From positions 101,868 through 145,058 of the forward strand of contig JAMCSX010000017.1 of NCBI GenBank assembly GCA_023379055.1: a stretch of DNA of 43,191 nt. The letters are read 5' to 3'. Shown here piece after piece: positions 1 to 8,723 of this stretch; the first letter of the stretch is position 1; each line of letters starts with the position of its first letter. The DNA comes from Candidatus Marsarchaeota archaeon. Its GTDB lineage: Archaea > Micrarchaeota > Micrarchaeia > Micrarchaeales > CABMGC01. Both the position numbers and the translations under genes were made by a program. The notes below the pieces were generated by a model. It made no database searches, was not told the origin of the DNA, and was given only the letters and a program-made list of their open reading frames with translations.

Positions 1-853
1 CGGGGAACATGAGGGTTGTATTCTCAAGATTCCTTGAGAACATCGCGACCTTATTGTTTTTCCTGTCAAGATGCACCTGCACCCTGAATCCGTCATACTT
101 GCTCTCCACTGCGCACCTGCCATTCATCTTTTCAAGGATCTGTTCCGATGTCGGCAATCTCTCTGCCAGTGCGGGCCGGATAGGGCTGAACAGAGTGACC
201 TTGAGGCGACTTATGCCTGCCATGCCCTTCTCGCTGATTATCTCCCCGACTTTTCCAAGATCGCTGCATATGTTGTATGCGTTCTCAAGCTCTGGCTTTG
301 CCTTTCTGTCTCCGGTAAATGCCTTTGACAGCGCCTCAAGTATTGTTGCGTCTCCTGCGCCGAGACGAAGTCTTCCGAGTGCAAACCGTATTATGTATCT
401 TGCCTCAAGCGCTGACGACGAGGCAAGAAGCTCCACAAGTATCTTTATCTTCGTATCCTGGCTTCCCGTGCCCGAGGTCTTTGCTATCTTGTGCATAGAC
501 TCGAATACGTAGTTTGACTCGAAATGCCTCTTTGAGAGGGTCTTCAGCTTCCCTTTCTTTACGAACTCCTCTGAGGTAAGGCCAAGGTCGCCCGTCTTCC
601 TGAAGCTTGCCACAACATCCTCCTTAGAGTATCCGCTGGACATTGCAATTGCAGACTCGGCGAATTTCTCAGCTATGCCAATCTGCAATCCTTCGAATGG
701 CGGGGCGAGGACTCCCTGGGTCAGATAGATCAGGTCCTTTATCTCGTTCGGCTTTGCATGTGAGAGCATCTCCGAAAGTATGTCGACCATGCCGAGTCTT
801 GAGGATGTGTTCTCAAGTCTCTCGTAGTATTTAGCAGCTTCTTCGAAGAGCAT
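1..853 (-). CDS. lig: ATP-dependent DNA ligase, N-terminal part (gene continues past the left edge)
   Basis: My minus-strand translation from the ATG (complement of 851-853) reads MLFEEAAKYYERLENTSSRLGMVDILSEML... Near the window edge it reads CAVESKYDGFRVQVH, the KxDGxR adenylation motif. It is not in the ORF track because no stop lies inside the window. The + ORFs 9..512 and 71..328 are antisense shadows. Confidence 0.85.
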   Translation of the reverse strand, partial: MLFEEAAKYYERLENTSSRLGMVDILSEMLSHAKPNEIKDLIYLTQGVLAPPFEGLQIGIAEKFAESAIAMSSGYSKEDVVASFRKTGDLGLTSEEFVKKGKLKTLSKRHFESNYVFESMHKIAKTSGTGSQDTKIKILVELLASSSALEARYIIRFALGRLRLGAGDATILEALSKAFTGDRKAKPELENAYNICSDLGKVGEIISEKGMAGISRLKVTLFSPIRPALAERLPTSEQILEKMNGRCAVESKYDGFRVQVHLDRKNNKVAMFSRNLENTTLMFP

Positions 854-911
854 GCAACCAGTATACAATCAGCGCAAATGCTTAAAACAATGTTCTTTCC
901 TCTTATATTAT

Positions 912-1520
912 ATGTCAATAAGCTATCACGGACTTGAGATAAAAAGTGCCGAACAGGTATATGATCCTGCGGAGGATTCCATGCTTGCAGCCGGGATTGT
1001 TGAGGCTGCGGTAAGGGATGCGGATAGGGGCATTGACGTGCTTGACATGGGATGCGGCACTGGAATACTCGGTCTTGTTGCTGCTATATCAGAGAATACG
1101 CGCAGCGTAACATTTGCCGACATAAACGCTGACGCGGTCAAGCTGTGCGAAGAGAATATAGAAAGAAACAAGGAATTCCTGTGCGCCAAGTGCATTGCCG
1201 TAAATAGCAACCTGTTCTCCAATATTAAAGGAAGGTTTGACCTGATGATATTCAACGCACCGTATCTTCCTGACAACGACAATATATGGTTGTCAGAGTC
1301 ATGGTATGGGGGCAGGGAAGGCATTGAGATAACCAATAGATTCCTTGATGAGGCAGTATCACGCCTAAATCCTGGGGGCCAGATAATACTTGTTGAGAGT
1401 TCTTTCGGGAATATTGAAGTGCTTCGCAGCAGGATGGCTGAACTGGGATTCAGAGTCCTTAAAGAGGAGAAGAAGCATATGGCATTTGAGGAGATAGTGG
1501 CAATGCTTATTTCAGCCTGA
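912..1520 (+). CDS. SAM-dependent methyltransferase, HemK/PrmC (Mtq2)-like
   Basis: VLDMGCGTGILGLVAA is SAM motif I and FNAPYLP is an NPPY-type motif IV. The ORF opens at 852, but that ATG overlaps the divergent ligase start codon. The internal ATG at 912 (MSISYHGLEI...) lies about 27 nt from a TTAAAA box and is preferred. Confidence 0.7.
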   Translation: MSISYHGLEIKSAEQVYDPAEDSMLAAGIVEAAVRDADRGIDVLDMGCGTGILGLVAAISENTRSVTFADINADAVKLCEENIERNKEFLCAKCIAVNSNLFSNIKGRFDLMIFNAPYLPDNDNIWLSESWYGGREGIEITNRFLDEAVSRLNPGGQIILVESSFGNIEVLRSRMAELGFRVLKEEKKHMAFEEIVAMLISA

Positions 1521-2760
1521 GCACCCGCCGTACTTTGTCTATCGCATCTATTGCCTTGTCTACCTCTTCCTGCTTGTTGTACAAATAAAAGCTCATTCTT
1601 GATACTGCATCCTCTTCCAATACCCCGTTAACCAGGGGCATTGCGCAGTGATGCCCTGCCCTTATCGCTATACCCTCACTGTCGAATATTGTGGATACAT
1701 CGTGCGGATGAGCGCCTTTTATATCGAATGAAATTGCCCCTCCGCGTGAATTTATACTGTCATATCCTGGCCCATGTATAGTTATGCCACTTGGCTCTGA
1801 GAGTCTCTTCAATGCATACTTAAGCAGCCCAACCTCATGATCCCTTATCTTTTCTATCCCTATCTTATTGATGTACTCTATTGCAGCACCAAACCCTATT
1901 GCGCCCTCAATGTTAGGCGTTCCTGATTCAAATTTCCACGGAAGCTCGTTCCATTCGACGGTGTTGAAAGAGACACTCCGTATCATGTCGCTGCCCACTA
2001 TTGCAGGCGTAGTCTCCTCGAGTCTCTCCTCCTTTCCGTACAACACGCCTATGCCAGAGGGACCAAGCATCTTGTGGCTCGAGAAGGCCATGAAGTCGCA
2101 GTCCATGTCCCTTACATCCACTTTCATATGCGGAGCGGACTGCGCGCAGTCCACTATGACCGTGGCTCCTGCTTCATGCGCAAGCCTTGTCATAAGCTTT
2201 ACATCGTTTATGGTGCCAAGCACATTCGATGCGTGGGTGAATGCAACTATCTTTGGCTTCATTGCAAGTTTTGACTTGAAGTCATCAATGTCTATGAAAG
2301 ATTTATCTTTCAGCGAGACATGATCGAGGAATGCCTTCTTCCTCTTTGCAAGCATAAGCCAGGGGACTATGTTGCTGTGATGCTCCATGTCAGTTATCAG
2401 TATCCTGTCCCCTGACTTTATCCTCGGCTCTGCATATGAAAGTGATATTATGTTTATTGCGTCAGTGGTGTTTCTGCAGTAGACTATATTCTTGTAAGAT
2501 TCGGCATTTATGAACTTTGCAGCCAGCTCTTTGGATCTTATGTACGCATCCGTGGATTTTGCAGATATGTAATACAGGCCGCGATGTATGTTTGAGTTAT
2601 AGTTCTCGTAATAATCATTTACGGCGTCTATGACCTGGCGTGGCTTCTGCGAAGTGGACGCGCTGTCCAGAAATACGAGTTCTTTCCCATTCACCTTTTT
2701 GTTGAATATGGGAAAGTCCTTTCTTATTCCTTCTACGTTTATTGCAGGCATTTGAAACAT
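1507..2760 (-). CDS. sufS: Cysteine desulfurase SufS (class II aminotransferase V)
   Basis: 417 aa with HHSNIVPW, the PLP-lysine region SSHKMLGPSGIGVLYG and the catalytic loop RAGHHCA. It is the last gene of the suf cluster. Its 3' end overlaps the convergent methyltransferase by 14 nt. Confidence 0.9.
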   Translation of the reverse strand: MFQMPAINVEGIRKDFPIFNKKVNGKELVFLDSASTSQKPRQVIDAVNDYYENYNSNIHRGLYYISAKSTDAYIRSKELAAKFINAESYKNIVYCRNTTDAINIISLSYAEPRIKSGDRILITDMEHHSNIVPWLMLAKRKKAFLDHVSLKDKSFIDIDDFKSKLAMKPKIVAFTHASNVLGTINDVKLMTRLAHEAGATVIVDCAQSAPHMKVDVRDMDCDFMAFSSHKMLGPSGIGVLYGKEERLEETTPAIVGSDMIRSVSFNTVEWNELPWKFESGTPNIEGAIGFGAAIEYINKIGIEKIRDHEVGLLKYALKRLSEPSGITIHGPGYDSINSRGGAISFDIKGAHPHDVSTIFDSEGIAIRAGHHCAMPLVNGVLEEDAVSRMSFYLYNKQEEVDKAIDAIDKVRRVLRLK

Positions 2761-2761
2761 C

Positions 2762-3497
2762 CTACCCTTCGTTTGGGCTATATCCTCCTTCCTCTATCTC
2801 CTTAATAAGCTCCTTGCCGCCCTCCTTTACCATCCTGCCGTCCACCATCACGTGGATGAGTTGTGGATCCATGTAGTTCAATATCCTGCTGTAATGGGTT
2901 ATAAGCAGTATGCCCGACTTTGTCTTCTTTCTGAAATCGTTTATGTTTTCGGCTACAACCCTGACAGCGTCCACGTCAAGCCCGGAATCTGGCTCGTCAA
3001 GTATTGCAAGGCTTGGCTTTAGCACCGACATCTGCAATATCTCCATCTTCTTCTTTTCCCCTCCGGAGAATCCGTAGTTCAGGGACCTTCCAAGCAGGTC
3101 CTCCCTCAGCCTGAGGCTCTCGCCGCTGGACTTTATCTCGTTCATAAATTCCCTGTAAGCTTATCTTCTCCTTGTTCAAAGAGCTCATGGCTGAGTTAAG
3201 GAAGCTCATAAGGCCGAGCCCCTCTATCTCCACCGGATTCTGGAACTCCAGAAACAATCCAAGCTTTGCGCGCTCATTTACCGGAAGGTCATTGATTAAA
3301 ATGCCATTGGCAGATATGGTGCCTTTTGTTATCCTTATCTGCGGATGTCCCATTATCGTCTTGGCAAGAGTAGTTTTTCCTGATCCATTCGGCCCCATAA
3401 GCACATGCAACTCACCATCGCCTATCTTCAGATTAAGTCCTTTTATCACGTTTCTCTGCTCTGCATCAGCATGCAGGTCCTTTATTTCCAATATCAT
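2762..3497 (-). pseudogene. sufC: SufC Fe-S assembly ATPase, reading frame broken by a 1-nt insertion (ORFs 2997..3521 and 2762..3145)
   Basis: The N-terminal ORF has Walker A GPNGSGKTT. The C-terminal ORF has the ABC signature FSGGEKKK, Walker B ILDEPDSGLD and H-loop LLITHY. The frames join if one G of the GGG at 3151-3153 (minus strand) is removed. The likely start is MILEIKDLH at 3497. Confidence 0.85.
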
Positions 3498-3502
3498 ATA
3501 TT

Positions 3503-4747
3503 TCACCCATAGGCCGCCCATACGCCTTTTGGAGTTATTTCGGGCATGGCCCCAAACAGACCACTTTCAAGCTTTTCAAGCATGATTGACATTGCAACCT
3601 CGTTTGCAACGCCGTCTGACATCTTTGACAGATACTTCGATATAAATGCGGTTATAAACGCTTTCCTTGCCGAAGTCTCCGATAATCCGCGTGACTGCAG
3701 GTAAAACAGGGCTTCTTCGTCCATCGGGGACGACGCCGCAGAGTGTGTTGCTTTTACATCGTTGCTGTAATCTATTGACATGTCCGGAAGCGCATCGAGA
3801 TGTGCATCCTTGCTAAGAAGGATGCCGCGTTCGGTAATCTTTGATACGCATCCTTTTGTGCATCTGCCAATTTTTGCAAATCCCTTCAGCATACATTGCG
3901 ATCTTCCGTCAAGAAGCACTCCGGAATCCAGCATGGCCACGCTCTTTGGACTTGCATTTGTTATGATTGAAGATATGTCGAATTTCTGGTCCCCGGATCC
4001 GTATGCAACCTCTGTCACCTCGATTTTGCTGTCAGTACCGTTTGATTCGAAGAAATTTCTTGTCTTTGACCTGATGCCCCCGACATATACGAAGTTTGCG
4101 GATAGCTTCGATCCGCTTTGCGCAATGGATTTCGAGACGCCCATTACGTCAGTATATTGATTCTCGTTATGGATGACTGTTAGCTCAACACTTGAGGATT
4201 CTCCGATTTTTACTTCGTGGAGCGAGGATACGGTAGCAGGATCATCCGATCCGGACAAGTATATCTCCACCATGTCGAGCCTTGATTCCTTCCCTGCATT
4301 TGCAATTACCTGTACAGAGAGTCTGCTGGTTCCTATGAACAGAAGGTTTACGTGCTTTGACTCGCCATCCTTTGAGTCTATAAACAGGAAGTGGTCTGTG
4401 CTCGCATTTGCAAACGCCGAAAGCCTGTCATCACTGCTTTTTAGCATCTTGTGCCCCATAAATCCGGAATCAAGATCCTTTGGGCTCACTATTCTGACCT
4501 TTCCATTGAATGACTTGGCAGCATGCGCAGAAAGTATTGCATCAAACTTCAGATGGACCTTTTCAGATACCTCTTTTGATACTTTCTCAAGTGATAACTC
4601 CTCCAGATTTATATCGATTAACATTGCGGGTTCTTTCTCTAATTGGGGCAATTCCAGCGTATATTTTTTGTAAAGATCGTTAGGCTCACTGGGCAGACTG
4701 CCAAAGTTCGAGATGGCATCTTCTACAAATTCTTCGTATGTACGCAC
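3503..4747 (-). CDS. sufD: Fe-S cluster assembly protein SufD
   Basis: 414 aa with a SufB/SufD-family C-terminus (ATHSAASSPMDEEALFYLQSRGLSETSARKAFI). It lies between sufB and sufC. Confidence 0.8.
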   Translation of the reverse strand: MRTYEEFVEDAISNFGSLPSEPNDLYKKYTLELPQLEKEPAMLIDINLEELSLEKVSKEVSEKVHLKFDAILSAHAAKSFNGKVRIVSPKDLDSGFMGHKMLKSSDDRLSAFANASTDHFLFIDSKDGESKHVNLLFIGTSRLSVQVIANAGKESRLDMVEIYLSGSDDPATVSSLHEVKIGESSSVELTVIHNENQYTDVMGVSKSIAQSGSKLSANFVYVGGIRSKTRNFFESNGTDSKIEVTEVAYGSGDQKFDISSIITNASPKSVAMLDSGVLLDGRSQCMLKGFAKIGRCTKGCVSKITERGILLSKDAHLDALPDMSIDYSNDVKATHSAASSPMDEEALFYLQSRGLSETSARKAFITAFISKYLSKMSDGVANEVAMSIMLEKLESGLFGAMPEITPKGVWAAYG

Positions 4748-4758
4748 AAAGTCACCAG

Positions 4759-6210
4759 TTATCCTATCCCCTTGCTTGTATCAAGTTTTATCAGACGTTT
4801 AAGCTCAAGTGAATATTCTACAGGAAGCACCTTCGCAAGGTCGTCTATAAACCCAAGCACGATCATGGCTACTGCGTCGTCTTCTGAGATTCCCCTTGAC
4901 ATGAGGTAGAATATCTGATCATCATTTATCTTTCCTACCTTAGCCTCATGACTTATGATCGCATCGCTTCTGTTGATCTGGTTATACGGATAGGTATTTG
5001 TCTTTGCGTTGTCGTCGAGCAGAAGGGCATCGCATGAAACATGTGACTTCGACTTCTCGGCATTCTTCGCAATGTGCATCAAGCCCCTGAAAGTGGTGAC
5101 CCCGCTTCCCTTTGACACGCTCTTCGATATTATCTTTGATGTGGTGTTCGGCGCAAGGTGGTATATCTTGCCTCCCGAATCCTGCACCTGGCCGTCTCCG
5201 GCTATTGCGATCGAGAGCACCTCGCCGCTGGCACCTGCGCCTTGGAGCATTATTGAAGGATACTTCATGTTCACCTTACTGCCTATATTCGCGTCGATCC
5301 AATCAACCTTTGCGCCCTTCGCGGCATGCGCCCTCTGCGTCACGAGATTGTATACGTTCTTAGACCAGTTCTGTATAGTTACATACCTTATGTGTGCGCC
5401 TTCGAGGGCAACAAGCTCAACAACTGCGGCATGAAGCGCGTTGCTTGCATAGGTTGGGGCAGTGCAACCCTCAATGTAGACAACGTCTGCGCCTTCGTCA
5501 GCGATGATAAGCGTCCTTTCGAACTGACCCGAATTCTTTGCGTTTATCCTGAAATAGGCATTGAGAGGCATTGGCACTTTCACGCCCTTTGGAACATAAA
5601 CGAAGCTGCCGCCTGACCATGTGGCAGTGTTTAGCGCGGCGAACTTATTGTCATTTGCTGGTATTATCTTGCCCCAGTATTTTTTCATTAGATCAGGATA
5701 TTTCTTCAGTGCAGTATCAGTATCAGTGAATATTATTCCCAGCTTTTCCAACTCCTTGTTTACATGCGAATAGACTACGGAGCTGTCGAACTGTGCCTCT
5801 GAGCCTCCAAAGAATTTTCTTTCTGCTTCTGGCACGCCGAGCTTGTCGAACGTCTGCTTTATGTCATCTGGTACGTTCTCCCATTTGTTTGCCTCGGTTG
5901 CGTTGGGATTTCTGTAGTAATAGTAGTCATCGAAATTTATGGAGCTAAGGTCAGCGCCCCATGAGGGCATTGGCTTGCTCTTGAATATTCTCAGCGCTGT
6001 CAGCCTCTTCTCAAGCATCCACCCTGGCTCACCTTTAAGACCAGAGATTTTCCTTACCACGTCTTCAGAAAGTCCTTTTGGAAACTCATCATAGAGTACG
6101 TCCTGATAGAATCCGTATTTCTCTTCGTACTCCTTCCTTTCTACTACCTCCTCTAGACCTTCATTCGCCACTGTATCACTTAGAATTGAACTTGGAAAAC
6201 CTGCAATCAA
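4759..6210 (-). CDS. sufB: Fe-S cluster assembly protein SufB
   Basis: 483 aa with the typical SufB C-terminus ISHEAKVGKINDDQIFYLMSRGISEDDAVAMIVLGF. It is followed by sufD, sufC and sufS. Confidence 0.9.
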   Translation of the reverse strand: MIAGFPSSILSDTVANEGLEEVVERKEYEEKYGFYQDVLYDEFPKGLSEDVVRKISGLKGEPGWMLEKRLTALRIFKSKPMPSWGADLSSINFDDYYYYRNPNATEANKWENVPDDIKQTFDKLGVPEAERKFFGGSEAQFDSSVVYSHVNKELEKLGIIFTDTDTALKKYPDLMKKYWGKIIPANDNKFAALNTATWSGGSFVYVPKGVKVPMPLNAYFRINAKNSGQFERTLIIADEGADVVYIEGCTAPTYASNALHAAVVELVALEGAHIRYVTIQNWSKNVYNLVTQRAHAAKGAKVDWIDANIGSKVNMKYPSIMLQGAGASGEVLSIAIAGDGQVQDSGGKIYHLAPNTTSKIISKSVSKGSGVTTFRGLMHIAKNAEKSKSHVSCDALLLDDNAKTNTYPYNQINRSDAIISHEAKVGKINDDQIFYLMSRGISEDDAVAMIVLGFIDDLAKVLPVEYSLELKRLIKLDTSKGIG

Positions 6211-6514
6211 ACTTGTTTGCAGAAGCGCATATAGAGCATATGCATTTTTTTAGATCGCTATCGCGACCTTCTGCAATCCCGCGTATATAGCAGTTTATTT
6301 TTGACGAATCTATCTGATTTGCAAGATTATCCACTGATTTTGAATAACTGCCATTAAGGTACTTGCTGACTGCGGCCTGAGCTACCCCCAGTATGGATGC
6401 TATCCTGCTTTCAGTAAGATTGTACTTTACCTTGAGTTCCCTTGCAAGTCTCAACCTTGCAGCAGGTATTATTGTATTAGCGGCCTTTTCGTATCCTTCT
6501 ATCATCTTGAACAT
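6176..6514 (-). CDS. Small HTH transcriptional regulator with a C-terminal Cys cluster, first gene of the suf operon
   Basis: The helix-turn-helix is LTESRIASILGVAQAAVSKYLNG. The C-terminal motif is C-x15-C-x-C-x2-C-x7-C (NCYIRG...KKCICSICASANKFDC). Its 3' end overlaps the sufB start by 35 nt. It is a paralogue of 31478..31873. Confidence 0.7.
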   Translation of the reverse strand: MFKMIEGYEKAANTIIPAARLRLARELKVKYNLTESRIASILGVAQAAVSKYLNGSYSKSVDNLANQIDSSKINCYIRGIAEGRDSDLKKCICSICASANKFDCRFSKFNSK

Positions 6515-6756
6515 CGTTATATAACCCAGTTATATAATGTAATATATTTATAGGTATCTTGGGAGATAGTAAAGGCAAATAAACGTACATTTTTTGGTTA
6601 CGTCGCCAATAGTCGTGGATAAGGCGCTTCCCGTGGTGCTTTCCCGGTGGCATTGGAAGATTGAGGTTCTTTACCATGTCCCAAATATTGGGTATTTACG
6701 CTGCAAATTGGGCATTTGAACAAAAAGGTAATAAATCAGATATCAGAGATAATCGT

Positions 6757-7302
6757 ATGGAGGTATGGACCGTTGCAGTAATTGGTAGCGATTCTGGTCT
6801 AGAAAAAGCACTGCCTATTGCAGCGCGACTTGGAAAGGTTCTTGCAAAGAGGAAGCTCAACATAGTTATAGGGGCAGGGGGTGGAAGAGAAGGGCTGCCT
6901 CTGCATGCAGCAAGAGCCGCGAAGGCTGATGGAGGAAGTGTGTTCGGTGTGTCGCCATGGTCAAGCGCTCGTGAGCATAGATTAAAGCGCAAGAACAAGT
7001 CAGACATATTTGATTTCATTACGTATACAGGATTTGGAATAAAAGGGAGAAATGTAGTCCTTGTAAGAAGTGCAGACGCGGTTATCATGGTTGGGGGCGC
7101 GATGGGCACGCTGAACGAATTTAGCATAGCGTTTGATGAAGGAAAGATAATAGGGATTGTCGAGGGAAGCGGAGGGACCAGTGACAGGATACGCGGAATT
7201 GCACCGCTTGGCAGAAACAAGGGAGCGCGCATAGTGTATTCGAGCAATCCTTCTGGACTTGTAGATGCAGTATTGAAGCTCCTGAATAAATACGGAAGTT
7301 GA
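6757..7302 (+). CDS. LOG / TIGR00725-family Rossmann-fold nucleotide-binding protein
   Basis: VAVIGSDSG..., IVIGAGGG and the VGGAMGTLNEF motif (PGGxGTxxE-like). The ORF opens at 6661, but the ATG at 6757 (MEVWTVAVIGS) fits the family N-terminus. Confidence 0.65.
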   Translation: MEVWTVAVIGSDSGLEKALPIAARLGKVLAKRKLNIVIGAGGGREGLPLHAARAAKADGGSVFGVSPWSSAREHRLKRKNKSDIFDFITYTGFGIKGRNVVLVRSADAVIMVGGAMGTLNEFSIAFDEGKIIGIVEGSGGTSDRIRGIAPLGRNKGARIVYSSNPSGLVDAVLKLLNKYGS

Positions 7303-7359
7303 CACGCCGATCCTGTGCTACATATAAATAATAATGCCTAATATTACAATATTGATGCA

Positions 7360-7956
7360 ATGCCAGGTTCTTCTGATTTTTTCATATTGTCAATAGTAAC
7401 CCATGATAGCAGGGCCATCGCAAAGAGCGTAGTAGATCTGAAGATAGTTTCGGAGGTACTTGGAAGGCACTTCGTACTTAATGTCCAATCGGGCACGGGC
7501 ATAACCAATGCGCGGACAAAGTGCCTAAAAGCGATAAAAGACCAGTTCCCTGACGAGGACATGGCATATACATTCTGGCTTGATTCTGACATAATACTTA
7601 ACGAATCCCCACAGAATATAGCAGGATATGTGAAGGAGGCTGAGAGGCTAGGCGTTTCGTTCACTGGCAATTACCGTGTCATTGACAATGTCACAAACAG
7701 GAAGTGGAATGTGGTAGCCCCAAGCCTGTCAAGCTCTGCACACTATACTGACGAGCAGCTTTCTGCGGCGAGGCCATTCGAACTGAGGTGTGCATTCTCG
7801 GGACTTGGACTGTGCTACATGAAGATGCCGTTGGACTACAAATTCAGGCAAGAGGGCCATGAGCTTGAGGACTACTTCTTCTTCAGGGACAACCAGAACA
7901 TAGATCTCAGGTACGTGCCCATATCAAACTATCATATGAAGCCAGTGCTTCTCTGA
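7360..7956 (+). CDS. Small GT-A-fold (family 2-like) glycosyltransferase candidate
   Basis: The pattern GTGITNARTKCLKAI...AYTFWLDSDIIL resembles the GT2 G-x-ARN...LDSD (DxD) region. Homology was judged by eye only. Confidence 0.4.
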   Translation: MPGSSDFFILSIVTHDSRAIAKSVVDLKIVSEVLGRHFVLNVQSGTGITNARTKCLKAIKDQFPDEDMAYTFWLDSDIILNESPQNIAGYVKEAERLGVSFTGNYRVIDNVTNRKWNVVAPSLSSSAHYTDEQLSAARPFELRCAFSGLGLCYMKMPLDYKFRQEGHELEDYFFFRDNQNIDLRYVPISNYHMKPVLL

Positions 7957-8018
7957 CCACACGAGTCGATGGGCAGCAGATATGTTAACTTATAGCGCTA
8001 GATATATTCGAGGATATT

Positions 8019-8195
8019 ATGGCAGGTGTAGAATTTGAGTTTATGAAGGATGGCCCAATGATTGTGAAAAAGAACGGGAAGATGGAGTTTGCACTGTGCA
8101 GGTGTGGCCACTCGATGAAGAAGCCTTTCTGCAGCGGGGCACACGCAGAGAATGGGTTCAAGGCGGATTCAGGCAAATTGGAGCTCAAGGATTAG
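8019..8195 (+). CDS. CDGSH-type iron-sulfur domain protein (58 aa)
   Basis: My translation is MAGVEFEFMKDGPMIVKKNGKMEFALCRCGHSMKKPFCSGAHAENGFKADSGKLELKD. CRCGHSMKKPFCSGAH matches the C-x-C-x2-S-x3-P-x-C-x-G-x-H signature of CDGSH domains. It falls below the 60-aa cutoff of the ORF track. Confidence 0.75.
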   Translation: MAGVEFEFMKDGPMIVKKNGKMEFALCRCGHSMKKPFCSGAHAENGFKADSGKLELKD

Positions 8196-8373
8196 AAATA
8201 AGCTCGGACACGGCTGCACAGGTGAGGCGCACTACGCGCAATGGCATCTCGGATATCCAGCGCCTGTCACTCATTACGACAAATGCGATTGGCCTTTTCA
8301 TATAGCCACTTGCGAAGTGTGGCTGTTGTAGCTGAGATAATTAGTATAATAAAATTAAATTGTAGATAGATTT

Positions 8374-8637
8374 ATGGACCCGAGTATAATTGGAATAGTG
8401 GCAGGTACGCTCACGGTAATCTCATTCATTCCGCAGATATCCAGAGTGCGCAAGAACAGATCTGCGCGTGACTTGTCATGGAAGTGGATGGCGGGATTTT
8501 CTGCAGGGATATTTCTATGGGTAGTGTATGGTGTTATTTATGCATCAATGCCGATAATATTGTCAAATGTAGTAATGCTTGCGCTTATCGCCGCGCTGAT
8601 TGCACTCAAATGGAGGTATGGGAAGCAGCGAACTTGA
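8374..8637 (+). CDS. SemiSWEET / PQ-loop sugar transporter (3 TM)
   Basis: 87 aa with three hydrophobic helices and the PQ motif in SFIPQISRV. The overall pattern (...LWVVYGV...MPIILSNVV...) matches bacterial SemiSWEETs. Confidence 0.8.
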   Translation: MDPSIIGIVAGTLTVISFIPQISRVRKNRSARDLSWKWMAGFSAGIFLWVVYGVIYASMPIILSNVVMLALIAALIALKWRYGKQRT

Positions 8638-8723
8638 ATGCCAATAAACATCCGCATGTAGGCAGCTAGTGAATGAAACGTCGACTTTTTATATTAAGGC
8701 AAGCCTACATTTACATGATTCTG

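Noticed and set aside
9-512. 167-aa + strand ORF (and 71..328) at the left edge
   Set aside because: It is antisense to a clearly recognisable DNA ligase coding frame (KYDGFR motif) on the minus strand and contains no motifs. It is a shadow ORF.
6477-6677. 66-aa minus-strand ORF upstream of the suf regulator
   Set aside because: It lies across the AT-rich divergent promoter region, overlaps the regulator's start and has an unlikely composition.
6696-7247. 183-aa minus-strand ORF opposite the LOG-like gene. Similar long antisense ORFs lie at 10671..11144, 16013..16549, 13724..14209, 30784..31257 and 38787..39224
   Set aside because: Each lies fully within a motif-supported gene on the other strand and has a Ser/Pro/Ala-rich shadow composition.
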